From Felis catus (Eukaryota): a stretch of 64,000 nt of DNA. The stretch spans positions 165,170,001 through 165,234,000 of the forward strand of contig NC_058368.1 of assembly GCF_018350175.1 (NCBI RefSeq), in the 5' to 3' direction. Positions 11,664-24,511 of the stretch are shown here, in pieces. A program made the position numbers and the translations under genes. Under the pieces are notes generated by a model. It searched no databases. It was not told the DNA's origin and saw only the letters and a list, made by a program, of their open reading frames with translations. The stretch's first letter is position 1. Each line of letters opens with the position of its first letter.

Positions 11664-14474
11664 TAAGTTATCCAATTTTGAGACAAAATGTTATTCATAG
11701 AAGTCTCTTACAAACCTCTGTATTTCTGTGGTTGTAGTTGTAATGTCTCCTCTTTCATTTATAATTTTAGTCTATTTTTCCTTGAAAAGTCTAGCTAAAG
11801 TTTATTTTAATTATCTTTAAAAAATTAACTCTTTGTTAATGTTTTCTATTGTTTTTCTTATCTCTATTTGGCATACTTGCAGTCTGATCTTCATTATTTT
11901 TTTCATTCCTTTATTATTTTGAGCTTAGATTGTTCTTTTTCTACCTCACTGAGATAAAGTTCGGATGTTTGAGATCTTTTTTTCTTCCTCTTAAAACTAC
12001 TTTTGCTGCATTGCATATGTTTTTGTATGTTTCCATTTTAATTTTCTCAAGATACTTGCTGAATTATTCTTATTTTTTTGACCCGTTAGTTATTGAAAGG
12101 CATGTTGTTTAATCTCTACATTTTATAAATTTGTATTTTTCTTCTTGTATTGGACTTGTAGTTTTGTATCATTGTGGTATGAAAAGAATGCTTGACAGGC
12201 TCTCAATGTTCTTAAATTGTTTAACACTCGTTTTGGGGTTTAACATATCATCCTGGGGAATGTACCATGTGTACTTCAGAAATTTTGTTTTCTTATGCTT
12301 TTGGCTAGGATGTTATGTGTATGTCTATTAGATCCATTTTCTCTAAAATGAAATTTAAGTACATTGTTTCTTTATTAATTTGCTAAGTGATCTATTGTTG
12401 AAAGTGATCTATCCAATATTAAAGCCCCCTATTATTATTGCTATTTATGCTTTCCCTTCAAATCTGCTAATATTAGCTTTATATACTTAAGTGTTTGGAT
12501 GTTGGATGCATAAATATTTATTATTATTATTTTTCTGGCTGAATTTACCCCTTTAGAATTATATAATGACCTTCTTTGCCTCTTGTTAGTTTTAACTTAA
12601 AACCTATTTTTTTCTGATAAATCTACCCATGCTTTCTTTTGGTTTCCATTTGCATGGAATATGTTTTCTCATGCCTTCACTTGAAATTTGTGTGTATCCT
12701 GTAGGATAAAGTGAGTCTCTTTAGGTAGAATGTAGTTGATTCCTGCTTTTTATCCATTTTGCTACTCTCTTTTATTGGATAATTTAGTTCTTTTAGAATT
12801 AAAATTATTGATAGGGATTTACTATTTCCGTTTATGATTTTCTGGGTGTTTTGTACTTTGTTTCTTTCTCTTTTGCACTATTCTTTTGTTATTTGATCAT
12901 TTATTATATTGGTATGCTTTAATTCCTTTTGGATATCTAATCTTAGATGGACTTGGACTTAGGTAATTATTAGGAGCTATGTACATAAATTTATAATACA
13001 TTATAATTAATGCTACAGCAGAACAGTGTCCTTTATGCACAAAGATGATGTTCTTGACTGTGATAGAATAAGGAGGAGCCATGGAAATCTTATATAACAG
13101 GTCACTTTTGACCTAACAAGAAAATTCTCTGAACTCTCACTGTTTGTAGACAGAATTATGAGTGCAAAACATGGAATTGGAAAAAGGATGGAACACATAC
13201 AGAATAGAAATATGTCAAGAGTGGAACATTGCATGTGTATTGGAAAACAATGGGAAATGGACAGAAAAGATAGGCATGAGCCATATATATTGACTTGTGT
13301 GTCATAAGGAAGAGTTCCTACTTTATCACACAGGCAATGGGGAGTTATAAAACTATTTTAACATTATGGCAATGCCACCCTTTTCTAGCCCCTGTGGTAA
13401 AAGCAGTAGACTTTGCTGATTGCCAAGTCAATTCTCAAGCGCTGTCAATAGAGTAAATTCACCTTTTTCCCTGTTGTCTCTTCTCAGAATCTGCCCTTGT
13501 AGCCATAACAGTAAATACAGGAGGTAAATCCAGCTCAGTTTTTCTAAGTGAATAACACTTAGTGAGGACCGGGTGAGTGGCAGAAACAAGCCTGTAGAAC
13601 TGCAGATCTTCCAAAACATGAATGCTTTAATGTGCATTTCTATAGGAAAAGAAAAAAAAAAAAACTTTGTTAATTCTTGACTCCATCCGTGTTTCCTCAT
13701 AATGTTTCTTAATCATAAAATAATCCTTAAAACAGATTTCAGGCATAGTAGAAGGTTAGTGAAAATAGTCATTTTGGGGAAGACAATGGTATCCGTATAA
13801 AATAATACTAGATGCTACTTATATAATTATTATTTATACAGAAAAGGGAAAGGATAAAGATAAGTAGATCCAGATATTAGCTTGAAAACAGTGTACAGAA
13901 GAATTTTTTAAAATGGTAAAGATTTTGTATGGAAGAGAAATAACAAATTCTCAGACATATATAAAGACTAGACAAAGAATTTCCATAAAATTTGCTGTTG
14001 AAATGTTAATATTTTCTGAATAAAGCAGTAATTTGTTGTATGGAAAGTTTAAAAAGTATACTATGGCAACATAAAAATCATTTAAAATCTTATCTATGGA
14101 ATATCTGAACATTTCATATTTCTTTTACATCTTTTTCTAATTCTATATTTTAAAACTTGTATATTTAAGATAAATTTTTATTTTAGAACCTGTACATATA
14201 TGAGAGCAGTTGTTGTTTATCAATGGAATGTCTAGAATAGCAATGACCCTTGGCCAAACTCTGAGAATGAAACTTTTGGAATGTTTACATAGTCACTGAT
14301 TGGAATATTTTTCTGTATTCCCTATTTAATTCCCTATTTAAAGCATTGGGCCAGGATGTTAAAAGTTAACATAAAAATTTTTTTTAAAGTTAACATAAAA
14401 ATTGGTAATAATGATATCTGGTTTGGTATTGGCACGTAGGTATTTGTCCAGGCCTCTTTTAAAAACAACATTTA

Positions 14475-14597
14475 GGAGCTCCTGGCTGGCTCAGTTGATA
14501 GAAAATGCAACTCTTGATCTCAGGGTTGTGAATTTCCAGCCCCATGTTGGGTGTAGAGATAACTTAAAAATAAAACCTTAAAACAAAACAAAAAAAC
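14475..14597 (+). mobile_element. Short tRNA-derived carnivore SINE
   Basis: ctggctggctcagttgatagaaaatgcaactcttgatctcaggg...agccccatgttgggtgtagagat followed by an A-rich tail. Confidence 0.85.
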
Positions 14598-14727
14598 TAT
14601 GCTTAAAGATCCAAGTGGGCTTCCAAATGAAAAGACTTGGAACTAGAGGGAAAGTAAATCCATGAGATCCTTGAAAATAAGGAGCCAGTACCTTAACTCT
14701 CAAGTCTTCACACATGTATATATTTAT

Positions 14728-14885
14728 TGTTGACTGACTGAATTGTGTCTCCCAGAATTAGTATGTTGAAGCCCGACGCTTCAATACCTTAGAAATGGGA
14801 CTGTATTTGGAGATAGGGCCTTTAAATAGGGAATTAACATTAAATGAGGTCATACAAGTGAATTTTAATAAACAACCAGTCTTTG
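14728..14885 (+). mobile_element. MLT1 (ERVL-MaLR) LTR 5' fragment
   Basis: ctgaattgtgtctccc...gtatttggagatagggcctttaa...taaatgaggtcat matches the recalled MLT1B/C start. Confidence 0.75.
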
Positions 14886-15492
14886 TATTGTGGACACTTT
14901 CTTAAGCCGTACTGTGTATTTTATAAAAATTTTTTAACTGTATAAATAGATAATACTTTTGCTAATATGTTTCATAACTACATAAATTTGTATTTCCAGA
15001 TAATGTGTATACAAGGATTTTTATCCCAGTGTCCTTTTCCTTAAACTCATGCTTCATTTGTTAATGGGATTTTATCCCCTTAAGGAAACATCAGATTGCA
15101 GTGACCAAGTGGAAGAACAATTGGATGCCCTCTTCGTTCCTCCTTGATCTTATATTTCCACTAATAAATATGAGATGTACAAAAATCCTCTGAATCCACA
15201 CACCACATGACATTGTGGACTCATTGTTTTCTCCAATGTGTTACTTTCTAAGAGCTAAGAATTCTTTCCCTCTCTATTCTCATTTTATTCATCAAATACT
15301 AATGATGAACTTTATGTGGTAGGTAGATAGGTAGATATTGAGACTTGAACAAAAGAAAGCAAGATATTTGGTATGACATGTAATGGGAAAGGCCTTTAAT
15401 TAAATATTAAGCTCCCTTTCAGGTTTGAATATATAATTAATAAATATTTATTTTTCACAGTAAGCATGTATGGAAAAGCATATCATGTTTTA

Positions 15493-15720
15493 TTTATTTT
15501 TTATTTTTTTTCAACGTTTATTTATTTTTTTTTGGGACAGAGAGAGACAGAGCATGAATGGGGGAGGGGCAGAGAGAGAGAGGGAGACACAGAATCAGAA
15601 ACAGGCTCCAGGCTCTGAGCCACCAGCCCAGAGCCGGACGCGGGGCTCGAACTCACCGACCGCGAGATCGTGACCTGGCCAAAGTCGGAGGCTTAACCGA
15701 CTGCGCCACCCAGGCGCCCC
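15493..15720 (-). mobile_element. Young CAN-SINE (SINEC_Fc-like)
   Basis: CpG-rich; perfect 17-bp TSD aagcatatcatgtttta at 15476-15492 and 15721-15737. Confidence 0.97.
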
Positions 15721-17744
15721 AAGCATATCATGTTTTAAATCAACATCCTTATATTTTATTTACAAATCATTAAAGAGAAAAGAGCACAAAGAAATACTAT
15801 TTCATTTGTCATAGCTATATAACTACATCAAGCTAATTCTTCCCATTTTTAGTTTATAATTTATGAATATAGGTTTAGTGAAACTTTATATGTAAAAATG
15901 GACCACACATTTCTCCTAAAATGAGAAGTTTTTATTTAAATATGTTTTAAATACAATATCACATCTTCAATGTACTGTCACGACCATTTGACACGGATAC
16001 TGCAAACATCTCACTCAAAACTTCAATCTTTTTAAGGTAGAATAGTAAATATGACCAAACCCAAAAATAAACATTGTAAAAGAAAACCTTGAGTATATGA
16101 AAGAAGGAAACTAATTTTTTTAAAAAAACTGAGTTAAAACAGTCAAATTGGAAATGTCAGAGGATGAATGTTTGACTTCCATGAATTTAGTTCTCTTTTT
16201 TTATCTTTTTTATCAAATAGAAAAGAGAATACTCATGAATTAGTTCTTAACAGATATTTAAACCAGTAGTATTTATGGAGAACTTTATAAAAAGAAACTT
16301 ATTTCATTTTTAAATTTAGTTTTAATTGATTCAGAATTATATACCATTCAAGGACTGAAGTGAAGTAAATAATTTAAAAAAATCCGCTTGAAATAAAAAA
16401 AAACAATAAATTTTAAAAGGTTATTGCTCATTTCCAATATTTAGTGGTTTGATACTTTTGAGTTTTGGATGACTAGTCAACTTGATGAAGTGTCATTACT
16501 TTCTTTCACGCTTTCTGGCCAAATATCTAAACTGTAGCATTTTCTATGTTCTGCCATGATATCACTTTAATAGAATGGGGATAATTCAGGGGTATTGTAG
16601 AAGGATAATTGAAGATGATATATTTTATTTTCTGTATATATGAAGAGCAAGTGCATTAGTAAATGGAAAGACACTTATACTTGCAACTAAAATATATTTA
16701 GATATTTTAACTTCTAAATAGAAATTGATTAACTTCTGAGTGTAAAGTAGTCCCTAGATTGTGATAGTAATTACTTATCTTAATTATACTTTCCATGAAT
16801 TTTTCAACAAATATTTGCTTATTATCCATAATATTTTGGTCAATACTTTACACTCTAAATATAAAAAGTTGTGTTAGAGATGGTCTTTAACTTGAAGAAA
16901 TGCCTTTCTTGGTGAAGGTGAAATCATTCTTTATGTGTACTGTGTTTGCCATCTTCTACTCATGGTCTGTTTCTTTCTTACTCTTAGTTGCCCCAATTTG
17001 GTAACAGAATATAAAACTAACTGGCAAAGAGAAATGAAGGCAAATTTTGCAGTGAAAAGTATAGTTAAATGCCTTTGAAGCCATTTACATTGATGAAATT
17101 ACATTGGTCTTCCATTAATCAATCAATCACTCTTTTTTGGAATCTTGTATATCTCCTGAGGATAAAATATTTGCAACATTACTGAGTTAAAAGATAAAGA
17201 GTTGAAATTTGGGCATTTTGCCTACAGTGTACAAAGTAACAGTGGTCATGACCATGATTATTTTCCACATTCAAGGAAAGTTAATGCAAAACAAATGTTT
17301 ACATTTTTACTGGGAAATTCTTGGCCACTGATAAGAATGTATAAATGAGAAATGAGATACAAAATTGAATGCTTCAAAACATCAGGTCACTATAGTCAAA
17401 ATAAAATTAAAAAAAGAAAAACAATTTTTTAACTCCCTTTGAGAAAATAGTCACCTTTTGTTACAGTGTTCCTGGTTCTAAACGTGTATATTAATTATAC
17501 CAGCTCAGTGAGTTTTATCACTCAGTGAATGTCTATTTTTCAAGACTGTGGCAAAAATAGGTAACATGCATACAGCTATATCTGTATACTATTCATGTGA
17601 GGGTATCAGTGATGTCTTTATATATATTTGAAATTGTACTTGAATGAGTTAGATTATTTTCCACCAGTGAATTGCAAATAAGCCTTCCTGGTACACAATG
17701 AGTTTGTCAGTTGGCTGTTGTGCCACCATATTTGTACAAAAATA

Positions 17745-18161
17745 TGTATTAGGGCTCTCCAGAGAAACAGAATCAACAGGATATGTGTGTATATTGACTG
17801 TTTGTATGTATTTGTTGATACATATATATGTAAATATATAAAATTGGCTCACGTTTGTAGAAGCTGGCAAGTCCAAAAGTTTCAGGGAAGATTAGCAGGC
17901 TAGAGATCCCAGGAAAAGCTGATCCTATGCCTTGGCCCCAAAGATAGAATTCCTACTTTTCTGGGAAGGTTAGTCTTGGTTTCATTAAGGTCTCCAGTTG
18001 ATTGGATGAAGTCCTTCCATTTTATGGAGGATAATCTGCTTTACTTAAAGTTTACTGATGTAAATGTAAATCTCATCCAGAAAATATTTTCACAGTGGCC
18101 TTTAGACTGTATATCCGGGTGTGGTGGCCTACCTAGTAGGCATACAAAAGCAACCATCACA
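17745..18161 (-). mobile_element. MLT2 (ERVL) solo LTR
   Basis: tgtattagggctctccagagaaacagaatcaacagg start and accatcaca end, typical of reverse-strand MLT2. Confidence 0.85.
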
Positions 18162-18251
18162 GTGCCTGGCTAATCTCCAAGCTCTTGGGTTTCTAGTGCA
18201 AAAAGAGGAAAGAAAACCATTTTGGTAAAGTAATTATATTTATTCAAGAAA

Positions 18252-18455
18252 TTTTATTTTATTTTATTTTATTTTATTTTATTTTATTTACTCTTTTGAG
18301 AGAGAGGGTGCAAGCAAGGGAGGGGAAGAGAGAGGGGGACAGAGGATCTGAAACATGCTCTGTGGTGACAGCAGAGAGCCCCATGCAAGGGCTTGAACTC
18401 TGCCACCGTGAGATCATGACCTGAGCTGAAGTCGGATGCTTAGCCAACTGAGCCA
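18252..18455 (-). mobile_element. CAN-SINE, slightly 5'-truncated
   Basis: (ATTTT)n tail and SINE body ending at the A-box (actgagcca). Confidence 0.92.
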
Positions 18456-20291
18456 ATAAATTTTCTTCAGCATTGCCTTGTATACTTTTGCTACGATAAA
18501 GGATGTTTGAGATACAGTTTTTATAGCTACAATATTTGTGGAGAAAAGAATTCGAGCAGTGAAAAGCAAAACACAGATATAAACAGTTTGTTTTTTCTTG
18601 ATGGATTTATTACTAACCATTCAGCCTGTACTCATAATCCAGAAAGATGTTAGTTGAATTTCACATTTACAGAATTTGTTTCCCACACTACACTGAAAGA
18701 TGTTGTGTAACCAGATTTAATGTACATGGTTTTGCTTGTTTATTCACACTGGAATTTGTAATGGGCCTAGGATGGTGTGACAAACAGTAAATAATTTTAA
18801 TTTGTTTTAAGAACAAAGGTAGAAAGTAAAGCATAAGCAAATAGATGCAGCATCATTGAAGCCTGCATTCTTGTATTAGAACATCTATGTATCTATGTTG
18901 CATCACTATGCAAATTAGGGGCTGCTGTCTATCACTTTTGTTCTCACATTTTCAGGTTTTGCGGTCATTGCTGTAATATTTCTGTATAGAGTATGTCCTC
19001 TGATTAATTTTCTCCAAATGCTTGTCCTTCTATTCCATTTTTCCCAGATTAAAAAAAAAATAACCTTTTTCCTGATGCTTTTTAAAAAAAAAAACCTACT
19101 ACCTCAATTGATTCTAAAATGCACTTTATACAAATGGAAACAAATGGAGTAGTTAAGCAAAAATATGGGACCTTTCTTTAAGTATACGGTAGATATTTTA
19201 AGAGCTTTCAAATACTCAATTACTGCGTTGTTAACTGTGAATTGTGGGGAGAGAAAAAAGAAATGTGAACAAACATCTAGTCTGATGAAAGCTATTTCTA
19301 TTCATTAAGAAATCCCCTGAAATGTTTTTCCCTACGACCAGTGTACTACTGACAGTACGGCTAACAAATTGTATATTCCTCACCATTTATTTCCATGAAC
19401 TTAATTGACCATTTTAGGAAAGAAATGGCCCTTTATGATAACAACAAGATAAAAGCTGGTAATTGACTGAAATGCTTGAGTACAGCTAGCTAAAACCACT
19501 TTCGACTAATGGAAACCTGAATGAAAGGCATGAAAGTTTCAGCCAATTGCAGAGAAGGTCAGAAGATTTTTTTACCTTCTTTTTTTGAAACACATAAGAA
19601 AACGAAATGTTTTGATGATGCATCAACTTTAAAAAGGTATGAAAGAAAAGAGATCACATCAAAAATTGTTTTGTGGAGTGACTTATTATCCTACACCATG
19701 CATGATGTATTATGGAAAATTGATATTATTTTAAAAGCTTTTTTTCAGTATTATGCTGTCAGCACAAGGTTATTTCATCTGAATATGACCAAGAAGATTC
19801 ATTAATATTTTCAGAAGTTGGCAACAAAAAAAAGGAAACAAATGTTTAATAATCTAAAAATATTACGGAAATTTTTAAAACAAATGGTTCATAAATTATT
19901 AAAGATGTTATATTTATTGACCAAAAGTAGTAGCCAAAATAATTATGTTTTAGAATTATTTATATAAATTCATTTTAAAATAACAAAATAACCATGCATA
20001 TCATTCTATGTTTTAAATTTTTTTACATTCACCTATTTCTAAATTAAAACTAATAAAATCCCTCATTAAGGTTAATAGTTTACATCTTTTCTATCTAGTC
20101 ATTTAACAAGGACCCTATTTATTTGCATAAATTGAGAGTATGCAAATTATTAGTCCTGCCACAAAATCACTAAAAGGTACACATTAATTTACACTGATGC
20201 TAATTATTTTAAATGGACATTCTTAATGAATCATAGGAAATTGTGTTTTTTCCATTTTTTTATTTTATAAAAAAATTAAAGATATGTTGTG

Positions 20292-20497
20292 TTTTTTTTC
20301 CCTCTCTCAAGAGAGTGAGAGAGAGCATGAGAGAGAGTGAGCAGGGCAAGAGGGCTAGAGAAGGGGAGAGAGAGAGAATCTTAAGCAGGCTCCATGCAGA
20401 GCCTGACACAGAGCTCGATCTTACGACCCCAGGATCATGACCTGAGCCAAAATCAAGAAGAGTGGGACACTAAACCTAACGAGCCACCCAGTTGCCC
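20292..20497 (-). mobile_element. Older CAN-SINE
   Basis: SINE body with (GA)-rich tract; gatatgttg repeated at 20281 and 20504. Confidence 0.88.
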
Positions 20498-22505
20498 TAA
20501 GGGGATATGTTGCTTTATAAACAAAAAGGGGCTGAAAATGTACCTGCTTATGAAGAAAATTCTAGAAAAAGGTAGTAATAAAAAATGAAATATTAAATGC
20601 CTGTTGATTTTCCACGACCTTAGAATTGTAGATAAGGCATCGCTTTTTCTAACTAATCAGATATCCTTTTCTAGACCCCAAGGATTTAGTTCATATCCCA
20701 AGAAATGCAGACAACTTTGAGTACTTTTTTTTTATCATCTTCTATGAACTTGTTGGCAAGTTAACACTGAGGAGTCTACATGCAGTAAAAACATGTGTTC
20801 CCCATTCTTTCCTAAAACAAGTAACTTGTCAGGAAACAGATTTTCTATTTTCGTGAACTTGTCCATTTTCATTTTCATTTTAAGGTCTATGGGATCCCCT
20901 CATACACCTAGTTAGAGATCACTTCACAGGACTTTATACTACCAATCGTACAGTTCTCGATGGTTTATCCTATTGTGGCTCTTGGACATAAGCCTGTTCT
21001 ACAACTTAAATGACCTTTACTTTTTTGTGTTTCCACAGTAGGTGCAGGCTGTGCTTTCACTCTTCCTTCTTACTAACTAATGCACATGTACCCATAAATC
21101 CAGATATCTGTTCTGGTTTTTTTTTTTTTTCTTTACTGATCCTGTTTCATTTACTACACTAAAGTGAATGATTCTCCTTTTATACCACCAGGCCTCCTGA
21201 GTTCCATTTCAACTATCTACAGGAAAAACCCACAAATATGTATTCTCATTCACACAGGTAGTCTACAAAAAGAACATTTTTTTCCCTTCTAAGACAAGTC
21301 AATGATTGTTTTAATCATCCATGAAGTCAGATTTATCTTCAGTTCTTGAGCCCCAGTATGTTTTAGTCACCTAAAATAAATTCCATCAGTAAAATGACAC
21401 CACACTCCTTTCAGGTATTAATGTTATTTGACAAGTAGGAGTTTTACCTCGCACCTGCTACTTTTGTTTCCATGTCTTATGATGTGAGTAAACAACTTGA
21501 AAAAGATAAAACTTCTTTCAAATTACTATATGGAATTCTTAATACATTACTGATAATAAGTGTGAAATTGATAGGGCAAGTACTATGATGCCTTTAAGTA
21601 CATGGCTGTAAATACTAGAAAATTGATAAGGCAAGGAAAATAGTAAAAAAATGAGATAGGAACAAGGGCTAGCTAGGTGGATGACAATACAAGAAAATAA
21701 TTAATTTAAATAGCATTAAGAAGACTGAATTAGTAAAATTATTTAACTGAAATTCTCCTAGTACTTCAAAGGAAGTTAAATATCTATAATTTTCTTCCTT
21801 TAATTTTGACTAGAGTGACCTGATCTTCTGACATATTCAACTTTGTATCTGATTTCTCATTTCCACACTCCCTATCAGCTGCCAAAATAATTTTAAAGTT
21901 TGATGAGATATGTAAAATCCCTGTGGCAAATTCCACAGGAAGATAATTTTGAGTATTCACTAGAAGAATTATGTATAGAGCTTGCCCAATTATGGTGACT
22001 CATAGGGTGAGGGAAGAGGAAGCTAAAGAAAAAGTTAAGCTAAATAATCTCAGAAATTTGGTGCTGTGTAAGTCGATGGTTAATGCATTCTTCTTCTTTT
22101 GTAAAATTTGTAAAGTGATGTTTTATTGGACACCATCATTGTCCTCAGCAGTGCCTGTCTCAGAGATTAGGGATGTACAGAAAATATGCCAATCTTCCCA
22201 TAGTAATCATTTATAATCCTCCACAATGAATGCTAGTACTTAAGGCAATGGCTTTATTTATATTTTGGTCAATTGCATAAATTGATACTTTACTTCATTA
22301 CTTCAAGTTCCTAGAGAGAAGCTAACCTTAGAACTTCCTGATTTAAGTATGTACTCATGTTCAAAAGCTTTGGTTGGAAGAATTTTAATATGATCAAATC
22401 TACATTTAAATTGAAGTCTCTCTCTGATGGAGTGTAGGTCCTGAAACCAAGGAATTCTTGGAAGTTTCTAAGTTAATGTTGACCATTGTCCAATTTTACA
22501 ATGAT

Positions 22506-22900
22506 TGTAGTAGTTTCCTAGGGCTGTCATAACAAAATACCACAGATTGGATGATTTAACAGAAGTTAATTTGTTGACAGTTCTGGTGGCTGGAAAGCCA
22601 AGATCAAGGTGTTGGCAGATTGGGTTTCTTATGAAGTTTTCCTTTTGGATTGCAGATGCTGTCTCCATGTAGTGTTCTCACATGGTCTTTTCTATATGTG
22701 CATCCCTGCTGTCTCTGTGTGTGCCAAAATTTCCTCTTAGGACAGCAGTCAGATTAGATGAGAGCCCATCTTAAAAGCTTCATTTTTAAACAAAATCACT
22801 TCCTTAAAGGCCCTCTCTCCCAAGCAGTTATATTCTGAGGTACTGGTGGTGAGGGCTTTAACTGAATTTGAGAGATAGGGATAAAATTGAGTGCATAACA
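22506..22900 (-). mobile_element. MLT1 (MaLR) LTR
   Basis: tgtagtagtttcctagggctgtcataacaaaataccacaga...cataaca, MLT1B/C-like. Confidence 0.88.
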
Positions 22901-24017
22901 CTTGACCCTCTTAACCCCCCAAATTCATGTCCTTCTCCCATGCAAATTTGATTCCATTCCAACAAGACAAAAGTCTTGACCAATTCCAGCATGGATTTTA
23001 AGGCCTAAACTTCATCTACTTTAAAATATAGTTGAGACACAGAAGGTATGATTCCTCATCATTCCTCTCCAACTGTGAACCTGGGAAAACCAGATAAGTT
23101 ATTTGCTTCCAGAATACAGTGGTAGTGCTGGCATAAGATAGACATTTGCATTCCAAAAGGAAAAAAAAATTGTAAAGAAATAAAGGGTCACAGGAACCAA
23201 GCAAATCCAACACCTAGTGGGGTGAAATCATAGATGTGAAGTATAAAGAATAATCTTTTTTGTCTGAAGGCTGTCCTCTGAGCCACCAGAAGCCACCACT
23301 TCCAAACCCACAGGGCAGTAGCCTAGTCCTCTGAAAGAAAGGAGGCAGAACTAAAGAGGAGAAAGTCCAACAGCCTTCTTTCATTTGGTGTCATCTCTGT
23401 CTCCATTAACCCAAACTAGCACGGTTTCTACTGGTGCTGCTAAAACTCTATTTCTGTTTTCTGATAAGATGGCTGATTAAATCATGAATTCTCTATCAAC
23501 TGAGTGTATAAGCACAACCTTGATGTTCTCTTCAGGACATGCTCCCTTATTTTTTTCCACTGTGCATTAGCTGAGAATTTTCCAAATCTTGAAGTTTAGT
23601 TTCTTTTTGCTTAACAATTCCTTAACTTCATAAGTCTCCTCTCAGTTTTTACTACAGGCAGTGAAGAGAAACCAGGCTTCAACACATTCTACATTCTTAG
23701 CTAAGCATCCAACTGTATCTTTTACAAATTCTACTTTCAATGAAACACTGTAACACAATTCAGTTCTTTGCCACTTTTTAACAGAGATCACCTTTCATCC
23801 AATGTCCAGAAACATAATCCTTCTTTCCATCTGAGACCTCTGCAGAAGCACCTTTCACAACAATGTTCTCTACTAACAGTCTTTGCAAACAATCTAGGTT
23901 TTTTTTCTGAAATGTACCTTAAAACTCTTCCATCATCTACCCATTACCCAGTTCCAAAGCCTCTTCACATAATTTGGTATTTGTTTCAGCAGCACCCATG
24001 TTCCTGGTATGAAAATC
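22901..24017 (-). mobile_element. MLT1-int (MaLR internal region)
   Basis: Starts with the polypurine-tract complement (ccccccaaattcatgtcctt); ends with the MaLR-int 5' leader (gttccaaagc...cagcacccatgttcctggtat). Confidence 0.78.
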
Positions 24018-24511
24018 TGTATTAAGGTTTTCCAGATAAATAGAACCAACAGGTTATGTACATGTGTGTAAACATATGTTTATATACCCACACATATAAA
24101 CATAAGTTTGTGTATGTGTGTGTATATATATGCATATGTATATATACACATTTATATATGGAGGGAGAGACATTGAGGTTTATTTGACTTAGGTCATGAA
24201 AATGTGTAGGTTAAGTAAATCCAAAATCTGTAGGATAGGCTGGCAAGCTGGGGACCAGGGAAGAGTTGGAATTTGAGCCCAAAGACTGATGGCAGGCTTT
24301 CTTTTATTTCCACAGAAGGTCAGTCTTTGTTTTATTAAGGCCTTCAATTGTATGAGGCACCCACATTCATGTCATGAAGGGTAATCTGCCTTACCCATTT
24401 AAATGTTAATCTCCTCAAAAAAAACACCTTTATAGACCTCTATAATGATCTTTGAAGAAATATTTGTGCAACATGGCAGAGCCATATTAACATACAAAAC
24501 TAATAATCACT
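24018..24511 (-). mobile_element. MLT2 (ERVL) LTR
   Basis: tgtattaaggttttccagataaatagaaccaacagg start, internal TA-rich tract, similar to the 17745-18161 LTR. Confidence 0.82.

Larger units (their letters stand above)
7970..12940 (-). mobile_element. Old L1MA-type LINE-1 (3'UTR + decayed ORF2), interrupted by a Tigger2a MITE, a solo LTR and a SINE
   Basis: L1MA-like 3'UTR; ORF2 remnants on - strand such as IEGTYINLLKAIYDK and RQGSALLQLLANMVLEVLAR (10700-10888). Confidence 0.88.

Noticed and set aside
15085..15170. Possible terminal exon ETSDCSDQVEEQLDALFVPP* followed by AATAAA
   Set aside because: Weak acceptor, unrecognised peptide, and AATAAA is common in AT-rich DNA.
17745..24511. Two same-orientation MLT2 LTRs 6.3 kb apart as one ERVL provirus
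   Set aside because: No gag/pol remnants between them; the interval holds unique DNA, SINEs and a MaLR.
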